A stretch of DNA of 64,000 nucleotides from Minisyncoccia bacterium (GCA_044341565.1 JBIIRM010000003.1:45187-109186), one strand, 5' to 3'; positions 9,204 through 18,761 are shown, numbered from the stretch's first letter. The notes: generated by a model from the sequence alone, not told the origin. Made by a program: numbers and translations.

Positions 9204-9437
9204 TCAAAATGTGGAAATTGGTGTGATTGTGGGATTGGGTACGCTTCCCCCTCTGAGTGACCAAGTGTCTCCTCCTTCTTGTCCTTTCATAGGATTGATG
9301 CAGGTGGAGTCTCCATATTGGTTGCAAACAAGTCCTGCAAGATCAAGGGGATTTGCTTCTTTGCCATTATGTAGCTAATAAGGTATACCATTTAGGAAAG
9401 AGGCACCGCATTTGAGGCAATTTTGTTGGGTGGTCAT
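9204..9437 (-). pseudogene. CxxC...DLAGLVCN...CINP small protein with internal TAG (not in ORF track)
   Basis: MTTQQNCLKCGASFLNGIPY*LHNGKEANPLDLAGLVCNQYGDSTCINPMKGQEGGDTWSLR...; TAG at 9377-9375; terminator at 9171-9203. Confidence 0.75.
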
Positions 9438-9533
9438 CTACTAAACCTCAACGAAACTACTTTTTTAGTATATCATACTCATAAAATAAAAGAAAAACCT
9501 CGACCTGTGGCCGAGGGTATATGTGTTGATGGG

Positions 9534-9752
9534 TCAAATTACCCAAGATTTTTCTCTGGGAGGAGGCAATGCTGAGCTGTCGAATTGACCAAACCACTGT
9601 TCTAATGTGGCTTTGGGGTGTCGAGCCTGATAATCCAGCCAAGATTCAGCTGCGGCTTGTTGCGTTGGGAAAAATTTATGCCATCTATGTCCAATAATGG
9701 GGTGAGCTGCAATTCGGACACAAGCATTTGAGACAATCACATTGTGGCTCAT
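9534..9752 (-). CDS. islet hypothetical protein
   Basis: TTGCCA(9809-9804)-18-TATACT; terminator at 9488-9517. Confidence 0.65.
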   Translation of the reverse strand: MSHNVIVSNACVRIAAHPIIGHRWHKFFPTQQAAAESWLDYQARHPKATLEQWFGQFDSSALPPPREKSWVI

Positions 9753-9957
9753 TTGAAATACTTTTGATACAACTCCAACAGTATACTATAAGAGGTTATA
9801 TTTTGGCAAATAGCAATCCTGTCATCTACTATTGACAATTTTTACAAAGTATAGTTTAATAGAGGGGTTATGTGATGCGAGTGCCCAGTATAGTGTAGAG
9901 TATAGGCATAGTCTATAGTATACCGGGCGCTCTGTCACAACCCGGTGCTTCAAGACC

Positions 9958-10227
9958 ATGGCCAATTCACGGCTTCTGACCATCAAGGCGTGGTTTCATG
10001 AAGGGGGGCTAAGGTTTGAGCGTTGGCTCAATCCTGTGAGTGGGCTTTTTGAAGCCCAGCAACCTGAGATGGGTTTTACCCATGAACAGGCTCGGCGTGA
10101 GCGGAGTTTGTTACAGCATCAACTTCACCCTAGCACCAAGCTTTTCTTGGTGGCTCTGGGTTCTCCTCTGCCCGCACAGCAACTGGCTCTGGCTCGTCCC
10201 AATGGGCGCCGCAGTCCCCACACCTGA
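9958..10227 (+). CDS. islet hypothetical protein
   Basis: TTGACA(9832)-17-TTTAAT; long leader hairpin; terminator at 10256-10288. Confidence 0.7.
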   Translation: MANSRLLTIKAWFHEGGLRFERWLNPVSGLFEAQQPEMGFTHEQARRERSLLQHQLHPSTKLFLVALGSPLPAQQLALARPNGRRSPHT

Positions 10228-10337
10228 TCTGCTCTGATCACCATCCCAATCTTTTCGCCGAGTCTTTGTGGGCTCGGCGGTTTTTTTATACAAAAATGCC
10301 TCTGATTGTATTATCAGAGGCGGGAGTAGTTGGGATA

Positions 10338-10535
10338 TCATCTCATGAGTAGGGGGTAAATGAATCTTACTCCAAGAGCAGTGAGGGTAATTCCAAATGC
10401 AACGGCAAATGTGAAGTTGTAAGGGGTTTGGGTTGAGAGTGGGAATCCCCGTTTCAAATGATTGATGAGAAATCCAAATGCCAACAAGTATATGATAATT
10501 GAGTAAAAGTGCAGGATAATGTCAGGAGAGGGCAT
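10338..10535 (-). CDS. islet small two-TM membrane protein
   Basis: Two hydrophobic helices; TGATAGAAT -10; terminator at 10292-10322. Confidence 0.6.
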   Translation of the reverse strand: MPSPDIILHFYSIIIYLLAFGFLINHLKRGFPLSTQTPYNFTFAVAFGITLTALGVRFIYPLLMR

Positions 10536-10613
10536 AATGATACAGAAGGAACTATATATATTCTATCATAAAGGAAATTATTTGTGATATACTAAATATA
10601 ATTGGTTTAATTA

Positions 10614-12128
10614 ATGTATATGCAAAAAGTTATTGTGATTGGTGGTGGTATTGGTGGGCTGGCGACGGCTTGTATTCTTGCCCGCAAAGGATATGAGGTT
10701 ACTGTATATGAAAAAAATCAAAATCTTGGTGGTAGGGCTAATGTCTTTGAGGCTGAGGGGTTTCGTTTTGACATGGGACCTTCTTGGTATTTGATGCCAG
10801 ATGTGTTTGAGAATTTCTTTGAATTTATGGGAGAAAAAGTTGAGGACCATTTGGAATTGATTCGTCTTTCTCCTTCTTATCGGATATTCTTCAAGGATGA
10901 TAATAAAATTATCGATATGTTCTCTGATTTGGAGCGGGATATTCCTACATTAGAAGAATTAGAACCAGGTTCTGGGGATAAGCTTCGGGAATATTTAGAT
11001 AAGGCCAAACAGCAATATGAAATTGCAAAGGATGGATTTATGTATAAAAATTATAATTCCATTTTTGATTTTATCAATTTCCGCACAATGATCGAGGGAT
11101 CAAAATTATCGGTATTCAGTGATATGGATGCCTATGTGAGTAAATATTTTAAACATCCTTTGGTGAAGAAAATTTTACAATACCCACTTGTTTTCCTGGG
11201 TAGTTCTCCCTATAATACTCCGGCTCTATATAGTATTATGAATCATATTGACTTTAATATGGGGGTATTTTACCCGCAGCGAGGTATGTATACCATTACG
11301 GAGGCTTTGGTGAATATTGCCAAGAAAAATGGCGTGAATTTGGTAAGTGGTAATGGAGTAAAGCAAATTGTTGTTGAGAATGGAAAAGCTGTCGGTGTAG
11401 AGCTAGAGTCTCGAGAAATTGTGAAGGCAGATATCGTTGTGTCTAATGCAGATATGACTCATACTGAGCTCAATTTACTTCCTGCTGCGTCTCGCCAATA
11501 TGATGAGAAATATTGGGATAAAAAGATTCTGGCTCCCTCAGCTTTGATTATGTATCTCGGGGTTAAGGGAAAAGTGGATAGTTTGGTTCATCATAATCTC
11601 TTATTCTCTCAGGATTGGAAGACAAATTTTGAACAAATTTTTGATGACCCAATGTGGCCGGATGACCCATCTATGTATGTATGTGCTCCATCTAAAACTG
11701 ACCCAAATGTAGCCCCAGAAGGGAATGAGAATTTATTCGTATTGGTGCCTATTGCGGCGGGACTTGAGTATACTGAAGATCATCTTGAGTCTTATGCGGA
11801 TAAAACCCTGACTATTATGCAGGAGGAAATGAATATTACTGATTTGAAGGAGAGAATTATCTATAAGAGATTATATAGTGTGAAGAATTTCCAACAAGAT
11901 TATAATGCATATAAGGGTACGGCTTTGGGACTCGCTCATACCATTAATCAAACGGCAATATTCCGGCCTAATAATTATTCTAAAAAGGTAAAAAATTTGT
12001 ATTATGTAGGTGCTGGTACTAATCCTGGTATTGGAGTTCCTATTCAACTTATTAGTGCCGAAATGGTATATAAAAGAATAGCGGGTATTAATCAGGATAG
12101 CCCTCTTAAGGGTGAGGATATTGTATAA
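10614..12128 (+). CDS. crtI: phytoene desaturase-family protein (CrtI/CrtD)
   Basis: GGGIGG FAD motif, GFRFDMGPSW, YVCAPSKTDP, GAGTNPGIGVP. Confidence 0.9.
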   Translation: MYMQKVIVIGGGIGGLATACILARKGYEVTVYEKNQNLGGRANVFEAEGFRFDMGPSWYLMPDVFENFFEFMGEKVEDHLELIRLSPSYRIFFKDDNKIIDMFSDLERDIPTLEELEPGSGDKLREYLDKAKQQYEIAKDGFMYKNYNSIFDFINFRTMIEGSKLSVFSDMDAYVSKYFKHPLVKKILQYPLVFLGSSPYNTPALYSIMNHIDFNMGVFYPQRGMYTITEALVNIAKKNGVNLVSGNGVKQIVVENGKAVGVELESREIVKADIVVSNADMTHTELNLLPAASRQYDEKYWDKKILAPSALIMYLGVKGKVDSLVHHNLLFSQDWKTNFEQIFDDPMWPDDPSMYVCAPSKTDPNVAPEGNENLFVLVPIAAGLEYTEDHLESYADKTLTIMQEEMNITDLKERIIYKRLYSVKNFQQDYNAYKGTALGLAHTINQTAIFRPNNYSKKVKNLYYVGAGTNPGIGVPIQLISAEMVYKRIAGINQDSPLKGEDIV

Positions 12129-12167
12129 ATAAAAAAGCCCCGACGATATAACGAGGCTTGTTTGATG

Positions 12168-12776
12168 TCATCGGAGTGAGGGGAATCCTTTGGATGTCCC
12201 CATCACAATGATGGTGGGAGAGCTCCTCAATCTTTTGATGGGATTGAGGGAAATACCATTTTCATTCCACACTTCGAAATGAAGGTGGATAGGGATGGGA
12301 CGAGTATGGGTTTTGCCCATAGTCCCTATCACCTCGCAGGCAAGTACAATGTCGCCTGGCTTTACCTTGATGGAGCTTAAATGTCCGTAGACACTTTTTT
12401 CTCCACCAACATGGGTGACTCGGACGGCTCCCCAGGAACTTTCCACGCTGGTAACCATTCCAGCTCTCCATGCCATGATGGGCAGTCTCATTGCCTCTGC
12501 ATCCGAGATGGAGGCGGGAGGCGTGAGATCAATTCCCTGATGGGAATGGGAGTGGCGAGGTGCAAGATGCGCCTTGTTTGTCCCCTGGATGGACTCCACG
12601 AGAGAGTCTACAGGGAAACATTCTTGGTCAGCTGGGTCCTGATTCCCCATGAGAGCAATATGTTCTCTGGGAATATTGGCGGGCACCTCATATATGGGGG
12701 AATTTGCCCGTACCATCATTGGGCATATTGCCAAGGCAGTTCCGATAATGGCCGGGATAGCTTTTTGGATTTTCAT
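12168..12776 (-). CDS. secreted M23 metallopeptidase (islet)
   Basis: Signal peptide; HQGIDL, YGHL, HLHFEV; perfect TTGACA(12857-12852)-17-TATAAT promoter. Confidence 0.85.
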   Translation of the reverse strand: MKIQKAIPAIIGTALAICPMMVRANSPIYEVPANIPREHIALMGNQDPADQECFPVDSLVESIQGTNKAHLAPRHSHSHQGIDLTPPASISDAEAMRLPIMAWRAGMVTSVESSWGAVRVTHVGGEKSVYGHLSSIKVKPGDIVLACEVIGTMGKTHTRPIPIHLHFEVWNENGISLNPIKRLRSSPTIIVMGTSKGFPSLR

Positions 12777-12887
12777 GGTATCCTCTCCTTCTGAGTGGGA
12801 TAGAATACCACTTCAGATCGAGGGGTTGATTATAGCATAGAAATGCTATTTTGTCAATATATAATAACTATTTTATATAGAGAATAA

Positions 12888-12933
12888 TCCACACCCACCA
12901 CTAACGCGGTTCCCCCTCGTCAGCGAGGGACAA
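12888..12933 (+). repeat. dispersed palindromic repeat family A, copy 2
   Basis: Matches 5654-5700. Confidence 0.9.
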
Positions 12934-12949
12934 AATACAAAGCCAGCTC

Positions 12950-13789
12950 TTATGTATACCAAATCACAATACTCCAAAAAAGGATAAATCCAATAATGGC
13001 GTTAAGCAGGGGGAAATAGGTATATAATTTGAATATTCTGGCGGAATTTTGATTATAGCTAAGACCAATCATAAAGCCATATATAATAGCTATTCCAATT
13101 CCAAGTGGGAGGCTGAATTGAGCTAGTAATATTCCAGATAGGGTATAGCAGATAAAACAATACAAAAGGGTTAATTTTGAGCCAAGTACGGTAGCAATGG
13201 TGGGGGTATTACTGGCTTTGTCAGCTTTAATATCTGGTATGGCTGAATAGGTATGCATTGCCATTGTCCAAAGTCCGGCACTGATGAGGAGGCGATAATC
13301 GAGATTGAGATATAGGGAAAATAAACTATATCCAATAATTCCAGGGAATATATATAATATATTGAATAGGGAATCGAGTAAGGGGCGGGATTTAGCACGA
13401 ATAGGTAATGCAGAATATTGTATGCCAAGGAATAAAAAGCCTAATATTCCCATACTGGTAAGAGGGTTAATGAGATACAGGGCTAGTATAAATGGAATAT
13501 TAGTAGCAAGAATAAAAAGCCAAAGTCTTATGCGTTCCTTAGGGGTGACGAGAGTTTCATATTCTATTTTCTTTGGGTTTAATTTGTCTGTTTCATAATC
13601 AAAAATATCATTGACTCCATATATCAGGAGATTAGCAGGAAAAGTAAAATATACAAATCCAAGCCAAAATTGCCATTGTAATATCAGTTGTGTAGGCTCA
13701 AAAGCAAGTATGCTCCCAATAAGATAAGGCCCAAGGAGATATATCCAAAAACGGGGGCGGGAAATACGCAATAATTTAGCAATACTCAT
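12950..13789 (-). CDS. UbiA-family prenyltransferase, lycopene elongase (LyeJ/CrtEb)-like
   Basis: SRPRFWIY, FPANLLIYGVNDIFDYETD..NPKK, AMH.YSAIPDI.AD. Confidence 0.85.
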   Translation of the reverse strand: MSIAKLLRISRPRFWIYLLGPYLIGSILAFEPTQLILQWQFWLGFVYFTFPANLLIYGVNDIFDYETDKLNPKKIEYETLVTPKERIRLWLFILATNIPFILALYLINPLTSMGILGFLFLGIQYSALPIRAKSRPLLDSLFNILYIFPGIIGYSLFSLYLNLDYRLLISAGLWTMAMHTYSAIPDIKADKASNTPTIATVLGSKLTLLYCFICYTLSGILLAQFSLPLGIGIAIIYGFMIGLSYNQNSARIFKLYTYFPLLNAIIGFILFWSIVIWYT

Positions 13790-13822
13790 ATGATATAATG
13801 TAATATACTATTAGTATATCAT

Positions 13823-14587
13823 ATGCAAAAGAGATTATTAGTCATTATCCCGTCTATTATTTTACTTTTGAGTGGGTTTTTTGTGGTATATTTTAGCCTT
13901 AACCCTGAGGCTTTGCCTTTTGATTTTAGGATATTCCAGGCAATTTCACAGCTGACTAATGTATTGCTGGCCATACCGCTTATATATGGTTTATGGCTTT
14001 GGCTTGATTGGAGAGAATCTTGGTGGAAAATTCTGATTATATTCTCATATCCCATTTTAATAGAATCATTTGCGATTATAACTGGTTGGCCATATAGTGA
14101 TTTTGTATATGGGGAATTCCTCGGGAATATTAAATTTTTTGGATTAGTGCCTTGGACAGTGAGTTTATCTTGGGTTCCGATATTTTTCTTGAGCTTTGTA
14201 TTGGTGGAAAAAAGTCCATGGAAATCAATATGGATAAAATCTTTATTGGGTGCAGTTTTGATGACAACTTTTGATTTGGTGCTTGATCCGGGGGCTACGG
14301 CGTTAGGATTCTGGATATGGGAAAGCGGGGGATGGTATTATAATGTTCCTTGGATGAATTTCTTTGGTTGGTTAGTGACAAGCTTGCTTGCTTTTGCAGG
14401 ATTTTATCTCCTCTTTCCACAACATAACAAGTTGGATAATACTATCGTTTATTGGTTGAGCTTATCTGGTATATTGAGTCTCATATTCTGGATTGGGATA
14501 GCAGGCTGGCTTGGGTATTGGTATCTCGTGATAGGGGGTATAGTATATTTAGGATATGTTAGGAGTCAATTATCATTGACTAAATAG
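13823..14587 (+). CDS. cruF: carotenoid hydratase CruF-like membrane protein
   Basis: E..AI.TGWPYS.F.Y, FDLVLDPGA..LGFW.W, YY.VPWMNFFGW. Confidence 0.8.
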   Translation: MQKRLLVIIPSIILLLSGFFVVYFSLNPEALPFDFRIFQAISQLTNVLLAIPLIYGLWLWLDWRESWWKILIIFSYPILIESFAIITGWPYSDFVYGEFLGNIKFFGLVPWTVSLSWVPIFFLSFVLVEKSPWKSIWIKSLLGAVLMTTFDLVLDPGATALGFWIWESGGWYYNVPWMNFFGWLVTSLLAFAGFYLLFPQHNKLDNTIVYWLSLSGILSLIFWIGIAGWLGYWYLVIGGIVYLGYVRSQLSLTK

Positions 14588-14629
14588 AGTCTTTATGTTA
14601 TATATAGGGGGCACATTTGTAACCTGGTC

Positions 14630-15031
14630 ATGTTTGAAATCTTCAAGCCCCAGCACCGGTACCGCCCCAGCCACTGGTTGACGGTGATACCCCTCCTAGA
14701 GAAAGAGCTCCAAATGATCTTTGAACTCTCCTCGCCGCGAGGAAATAGCAAGGAGCAAAAGCTACTTGTCACTGGACTCCTCTTCTTCTTCCTAAAGAAG
14801 AAAGATTACCTTCGTAAGAAGGAAAAAGAAGGGGACTATTTCCTTCCACTTCGGTTGAGTTGGGAGGAGATGAAACTCCTCGATTCCCTCTGGTGGCTGT
14901 CCGGAACGGTTCTCATCGAGGATGGGCGTCGCCTACTCAGCGATGAGGAGTTGACACTGGTGAAGGCAGGACCTGGTGCAAAGGAGTTTCACCAGAACTT
15001 GTTTCAGGAAAACCCGGATCTTCACCAGTAG
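14630..15031 (+). CDS. islet hypothetical protein
   Basis: TTGACT(14576)-17-TATATA; terminator at 15078-15104; GC-richer. Confidence 0.7.
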   Translation: MFEIFKPQHRYRPSHWLTVIPLLEKELQMIFELSSPRGNSKEQKLLVTGLLFFFLKKKDYLRKKEKEGDYFLPLRLSWEEMKLLDSLWWLSGTVLIEDGRRLLSDEELTLVKAGPGAKEFHQNLFQENPDLHQ

Positions 15032-15134
15032 TTGTTTCGGATAGACTCGGAACACTGAGACTTCTCAGTCCACATCACCCCCTGTTTCGGCAGGGGCTTT
15101 TTTTATTATCCATACAATAAATAGTAAATAGCTC

Positions 15135-15162
15135 TTGACAAATTTTAAAAAATAGGTATAAT
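15135..15162 (+). promoter_or_regulatory. consensus sigma70 promoter for the tRNA-like pair
   Basis: TTGACA-16-TATAAT. Confidence 0.85.
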
Positions 15163-15197
15163 CATATACGGCTTCTGACTGTTTTGTCAGTAAGTTA

Positions 15198-15261
15198 GGT
15201 GGGATAGCTCAGTGGTAGAGCGCCAGTTTGGAGGTCGGGGGTTCGAATCCTTCTCTCACCG
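15198..15261 (+). ncRNA. tRNA-like RNA with truncated anticodon arm
   Basis: Acceptor GGTGGGA/TCTCACC, D arm GCTCAGTGGTAGAGC, T arm GGTTCGAATCC; anticodon arm only CCAGTTTGG. Confidence 0.8.
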
Positions 15262-15267
15262 TTTGAT

Positions 15268-15368
15268 CGGGATGTAGCTCAGTCTGGTAGAGCTCTGTAA
15301 TGGTTTGATGGCGCCTACTATAGCCATTGCAGCGACCGCCGTCGGTGGTTCGAATCCACCCATCCCGA
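15268..15368 (+). ncRNA. tRNA-like RNA with greatly extended anticodon arm
   Basis: Acceptor CGGGATG/CATCCCG+A, intact D and T arms, 11-bp stem CTGTAATGGTT/AGCCATTGCAG with a 16-nt loop. Confidence 0.8.
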
Positions 15369-15381
15369 TTCATCTTCATCT

Positions 15382-15414
15382 AGCCCCGTTTCAATTGAGA
15401 CGGGGCTCTTTTTT
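15382..15414 (+). terminator. intrinsic terminator
   Basis: AGCCCCGTTTC/GAGACGGGGCT plus T-run. Confidence 0.85.
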
Positions 15415-15422
15415 CTTTAATC

Positions 15423-15446
15423 GTAGGGGCGACCTTTCAGTCGCTC
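15423..15446 (+). repeat. GTAG-type REP-like sequence
   Basis: GTAGGGGCGACCTTTCAGTCGCTC; second copy at 62382. Confidence 0.7.
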
Positions 15447-15535
15447 GTTTTTTATAACTATAATCTATTTCGGGAGACTGAAAGGTCGAATAGTATATGA
15501 TATAAAAATAATGTCCTTCAAGTTGAGGTTTGAGG

Positions 15536-15799
15536 ATGCAAAGTTTGGCTGATTTTGCCCCACTAGAATTGGCGTGTTTATGTTTCATTAGATATGCTAC
15601 TGATATACATTACGACAATCTGAGGGAGATGATTCACTTTACTCTGAGGAGGGGATTAGAGGCTGGTATTGATATAAGATTTATTCAGAGAAATCCTATA
15701 TTTATAAAAGCCTGGGATCTTTTTATAGGCTATAAAGAGCCAAATAGTCAACACCCTAGTAATATCATTTATTTGTCTGGGAGACTTACTCCGTACTAA
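15536..15799 (+). CDS. small hypothetical protein with own -10 and terminator
   Basis: TGATATAAA upstream; hairpin plus T-run at 15819-15857. Confidence 0.55.
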   Translation: MQSLADFAPLELACLCFIRYATDIHYDNLREMIHFTLRRGLEAGIDIRFIQRNPIFIKAWDLFIGYKEPNSQHPSNIIYLSGRLTPY

Positions 15800-15888
15800 G
15801 TTTTCAGTTCAATTTTTACTCCTCCCGTCGACTGATGAGGAGGAGATTTTCTTTTTAAGGAGAGGGAGATTTTAAAATCTCCTAAATA

Positions 15889-18252
15889 TTATTTTACCAA
15901 TTTACCGACTCGAAGGGCTTTTGTGAGGAACACTTCGTATGGGCTTAAATCCTGAGTTGAGGTGTATGTAAAACTTTCGATTTCCTTACCGAGTGATATG
16001 CTATTTTGTGATTTGTAGGCTCTCACGCCTTCTACTACGGATAATATATCTGTCATCAAATTATTCTCCTCTTCGGACAATTGCCAAGTTGTGTTGGTCT
16101 GTGGCCAAGCTGAATTATGTATACTCTTTGATTCGATATTGGAATATAATCCTTGATATAGCTCTTCGGTAATAAATGGCAAAATAGGAGCATATAATTT
16201 GAGTAGGCTCTCAATATAAATGTAGAGAGTATATTGGGCCGCTTTTCGTGAATTTTGCCCTTCAGGAGACTCGTCATATAGTCGATATTTGATCAGCTCA
16301 AGATAATAATCAGTGAATTTATTCCAGAATAATTGGTCTATTGCGGTTCGAGCTTTATAATATTCATATTGCTCAAAACTATGAGTAGCAATTTCAATCG
16401 TTTGATTGAGCTCGGATAATATCCATTTGTCTATTAATTCTAATTCTGGAGCTGTATCAGGTAAAGTGAAATTGACTAAATGCATTTCAGCAAATTTACC
16501 TGCATTGAAGAGTTTATTGACGGTCTTTTTCCCTTTTTTGATTTCCTCTTCATTATAGCGAATATTTTCACCAAGAGTGGTTCCTGTAGCCCAATATCTC
16601 ATGGCGTCAGCCCCATAGGTAGCGATTGTAGTCTCAGGTGGGGTGAAATTCCCTAATCTCTTAGAGATTTTGCGTCCTTGGGTATCGAGTCCATGACCTG
16701 ATATCATCACATCAGTGAAGGGGAGGGTATTATGATGAAAATAGGCTTTGGTGACTGTATAGAATAACCATGTTCTGATTATCTCAAAGGCTTGTGGCCG
16801 CAGGCTAGATGGGAAAAGTTTAGCGGCAATATCTGGGTTCTCCACAAGCTTAGCTCCGATTTCTGGTGACATAGAAGATGTCATCCAAGTATCCAGCACA
16901 TCTTGTTCTGCTATTAAGTCCTCAGCTTTATATCCGCGTGGAGTATATTCGGTTGGGTCTACTGGAAGCTCATCTTCTTGAGGGAGTATGATTTTTCCGG
17001 TTTTTCGATGATACCAGACAGGAATTGGTACTCCGTAATAGCGTTGGCGGGATATACACCAATCCCATTTGAGTGAGCTTACCCAATCTGAGTAAATAGA
17101 AAACATTCGCTTTGGATTCCAATTGAGTTTGCGACCTTGTTCTAATAATGCCTCTTTATGTTCTACAACATTGATAAACCATTGTTTGGTGATAATGAAT
17201 TCAATAGGGGTTCCTGATCTTTCGGATACTTGTATGGTATGAGTAATAGGAGTTTGTTTGATAAGAAGATTTTGAGTTTTCAGATCTTCTAATATAGTAT
17301 TGCGAAGTTTACTAATATGTGTACCAGCATAGGCTCCCGCAAGTTCCCCGAGAATTCCTCGTTCATTAAATATAAGGCGAGTTTCTAGATTATATTTTTT
17401 CCATTTAGCAATATCCTCACTATCTCCCCATGTACATACCATCATAAGTCCTGTTCCAAATTCTCGGTCTACTGTCTCATCGGTGAGTATAGGGATACTA
17501 TGTCCTGAAATAGGAGTAATAGCTTTTGTCCCAATCAGATGCTGATAACGCTTATCCTCGGGGTGGAAGAATAAGGCTACTGCAGCGGGGATAAGTTCGG
17601 GCCGGGTGGTCGCAATAATAAGGTCTTCTCCTGTGTCCTCGGACTTAAAAATAATATCATTAAGATGAGATTTTTGCTCTAAGTCTTCTAAATCGGTTTG
17701 AGCGAGGGCAGACTGAAAACTAATATCCCACATAATAGGTTCTTCTCTTTGGGATAGGAATCCTTTGCGATAAAGGTCAATAAATGACCATTGGGCAATT
17801 TTTTGGGAATGAGGATTAATAGATGAATATGTTTTTGACCAATCAACAGAAATACCAAGTAATGACCAGAGATTACGATATGTTTCTATCCCTTTTTGGG
17901 TTTCCTCGAGGCATAACTTTACGAATTCAGAGCGACTTATGGCGTCTTTATTCTTGATCTTATATTTTTTCTCCACATGGCGCTCAGTGGGCAGTCCATT
18001 ATCATCAAATCCCATTGGATAAAATACATTATAGCCTTGCATTCTCTTGAAGCGTACGACAAATTCAGCTTGAGAATAACTCATTATATGTCCAGGATGC
18101 AAATGATCAGCCGATACATAAGGTGGGGGAGTATCTACGGAGAATATAGGCCTATTTGATATCTCATCAAAAGCATAAATATTGTGCTTTGCCCAGAATT
18201 CACGCCAATAGGCTTCTCGTTCGCTAATTTCGTATTTGGAGGGAAGTGACAT
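15889..18252 (-). CDS. valS: valine--tRNA ligase (short type)
   Basis: DTPPPYVSADHLHPGH, WDWCISRQRYYG, DVLDTW, KISKR. Confidence 0.92.
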   Translation of the reverse strand: MSLPSKYEISEREAYWREFWAKHNIYAFDEISNRPIFSVDTPPPYVSADHLHPGHIMSYSQAEFVVRFKRMQGYNVFYPMGFDDNGLPTERHVEKKYKIKNKDAISRSEFVKLCLEETQKGIETYRNLWSLLGISVDWSKTYSSINPHSQKIAQWSFIDLYRKGFLSQREEPIMWDISFQSALAQTDLEDLEQKSHLNDIIFKSEDTGEDLIIATTRPELIPAAVALFFHPEDKRYQHLIGTKAITPISGHSIPILTDETVDREFGTGLMMVCTWGDSEDIAKWKKYNLETRLIFNERGILGELAGAYAGTHISKLRNTILEDLKTQNLLIKQTPITHTIQVSERSGTPIEFIITKQWFINVVEHKEALLEQGRKLNWNPKRMFSIYSDWVSSLKWDWCISRQRYYGVPIPVWYHRKTGKIILPQEDELPVDPTEYTPRGYKAEDLIAEQDVLDTWMTSSMSPEIGAKLVENPDIAAKLFPSSLRPQAFEIIRTWLFYTVTKAYFHHNTLPFTDVMISGHGLDTQGRKISKRLGNFTPPETTIATYGADAMRYWATGTTLGENIRYNEEEIKKGKKTVNKLFNAGKFAEMHLVNFTLPDTAPELELIDKWILSELNQTIEIATHSFEQYEYYKARTAIDQLFWNKFTDYYLELIKYRLYDESPEGQNSRKAAQYTLYIYIESLLKLYAPILPFITEELYQGLYSNIESKSIHNSAWPQTNTTWQLSEEENNLMTDILSVVEGVRAYKSQNSISLGKEIESFTYTSTQDLSPYEVFLTKALRVGKLVK

Positions 18253-18387
18253 AGATAGGGTATAGTTATACTAATTACTGCGTAGTATATCAGAGAATAG
18301 TATCTTATTCAATAATGGGTATTATGTAGTCAGGAGTTGACAAATATGATAATTTATGATATATAATATATACAATGCCTTTTTGTG

Positions 18388-18663
18388 ATGACTGCCCTCA
18401 TCCCGCCTCCCGTCCTCCCAAAGAGGGGTTGTCCGCCGTCTCGTTGGAGATTGGTGACTACCCCTTCGGGGGTGAAAAAAATTGAGGAGATCAATTCTCC
18501 TCTACTACTTCCGAGTGAAGTAGTAATCACTCCGTTTCCCGTCATTGAGATGAACTCTCATGCGTGGAAGCGTCTCAGAAAGCGGGAGCTCTATGTCACT
18601 AATCCCGCCCCCCGACCTCCAATGGGAGGCGTTAATGGTAAGGGCTTCGGTCCTCGTCATTAA
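18388..18663 (+). CDS. islet Pro/Arg-rich hypothetical protein
   Basis: TTGACA(18337)-17-TATATA; terminator at 18691-18718. Confidence 0.6.
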   Translation: MTALIPPPVLPKRGCPPSRWRLVTTPSGVKKIEEINSPLLLPSEVVITPFPVIEMNSHAWKRLRKRELYVTNPAPRPPMGGVNGKGFGPRH

Positions 18664-18761
18664 TCATCATTCTTTCAATTCAACTAAACTAAACCTCATA
18701 GTTTGCTATGGGGTTTTTACTTTATGCTATAATAAAAGAAGTAATAATTAATACTATACCT

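Noticed and set aside
5700-10600. Prophage
   Set aside because: No structural, terminase or integrase genes; units are individually punctuated, in mixed orientation, and interleaved with host-like genes
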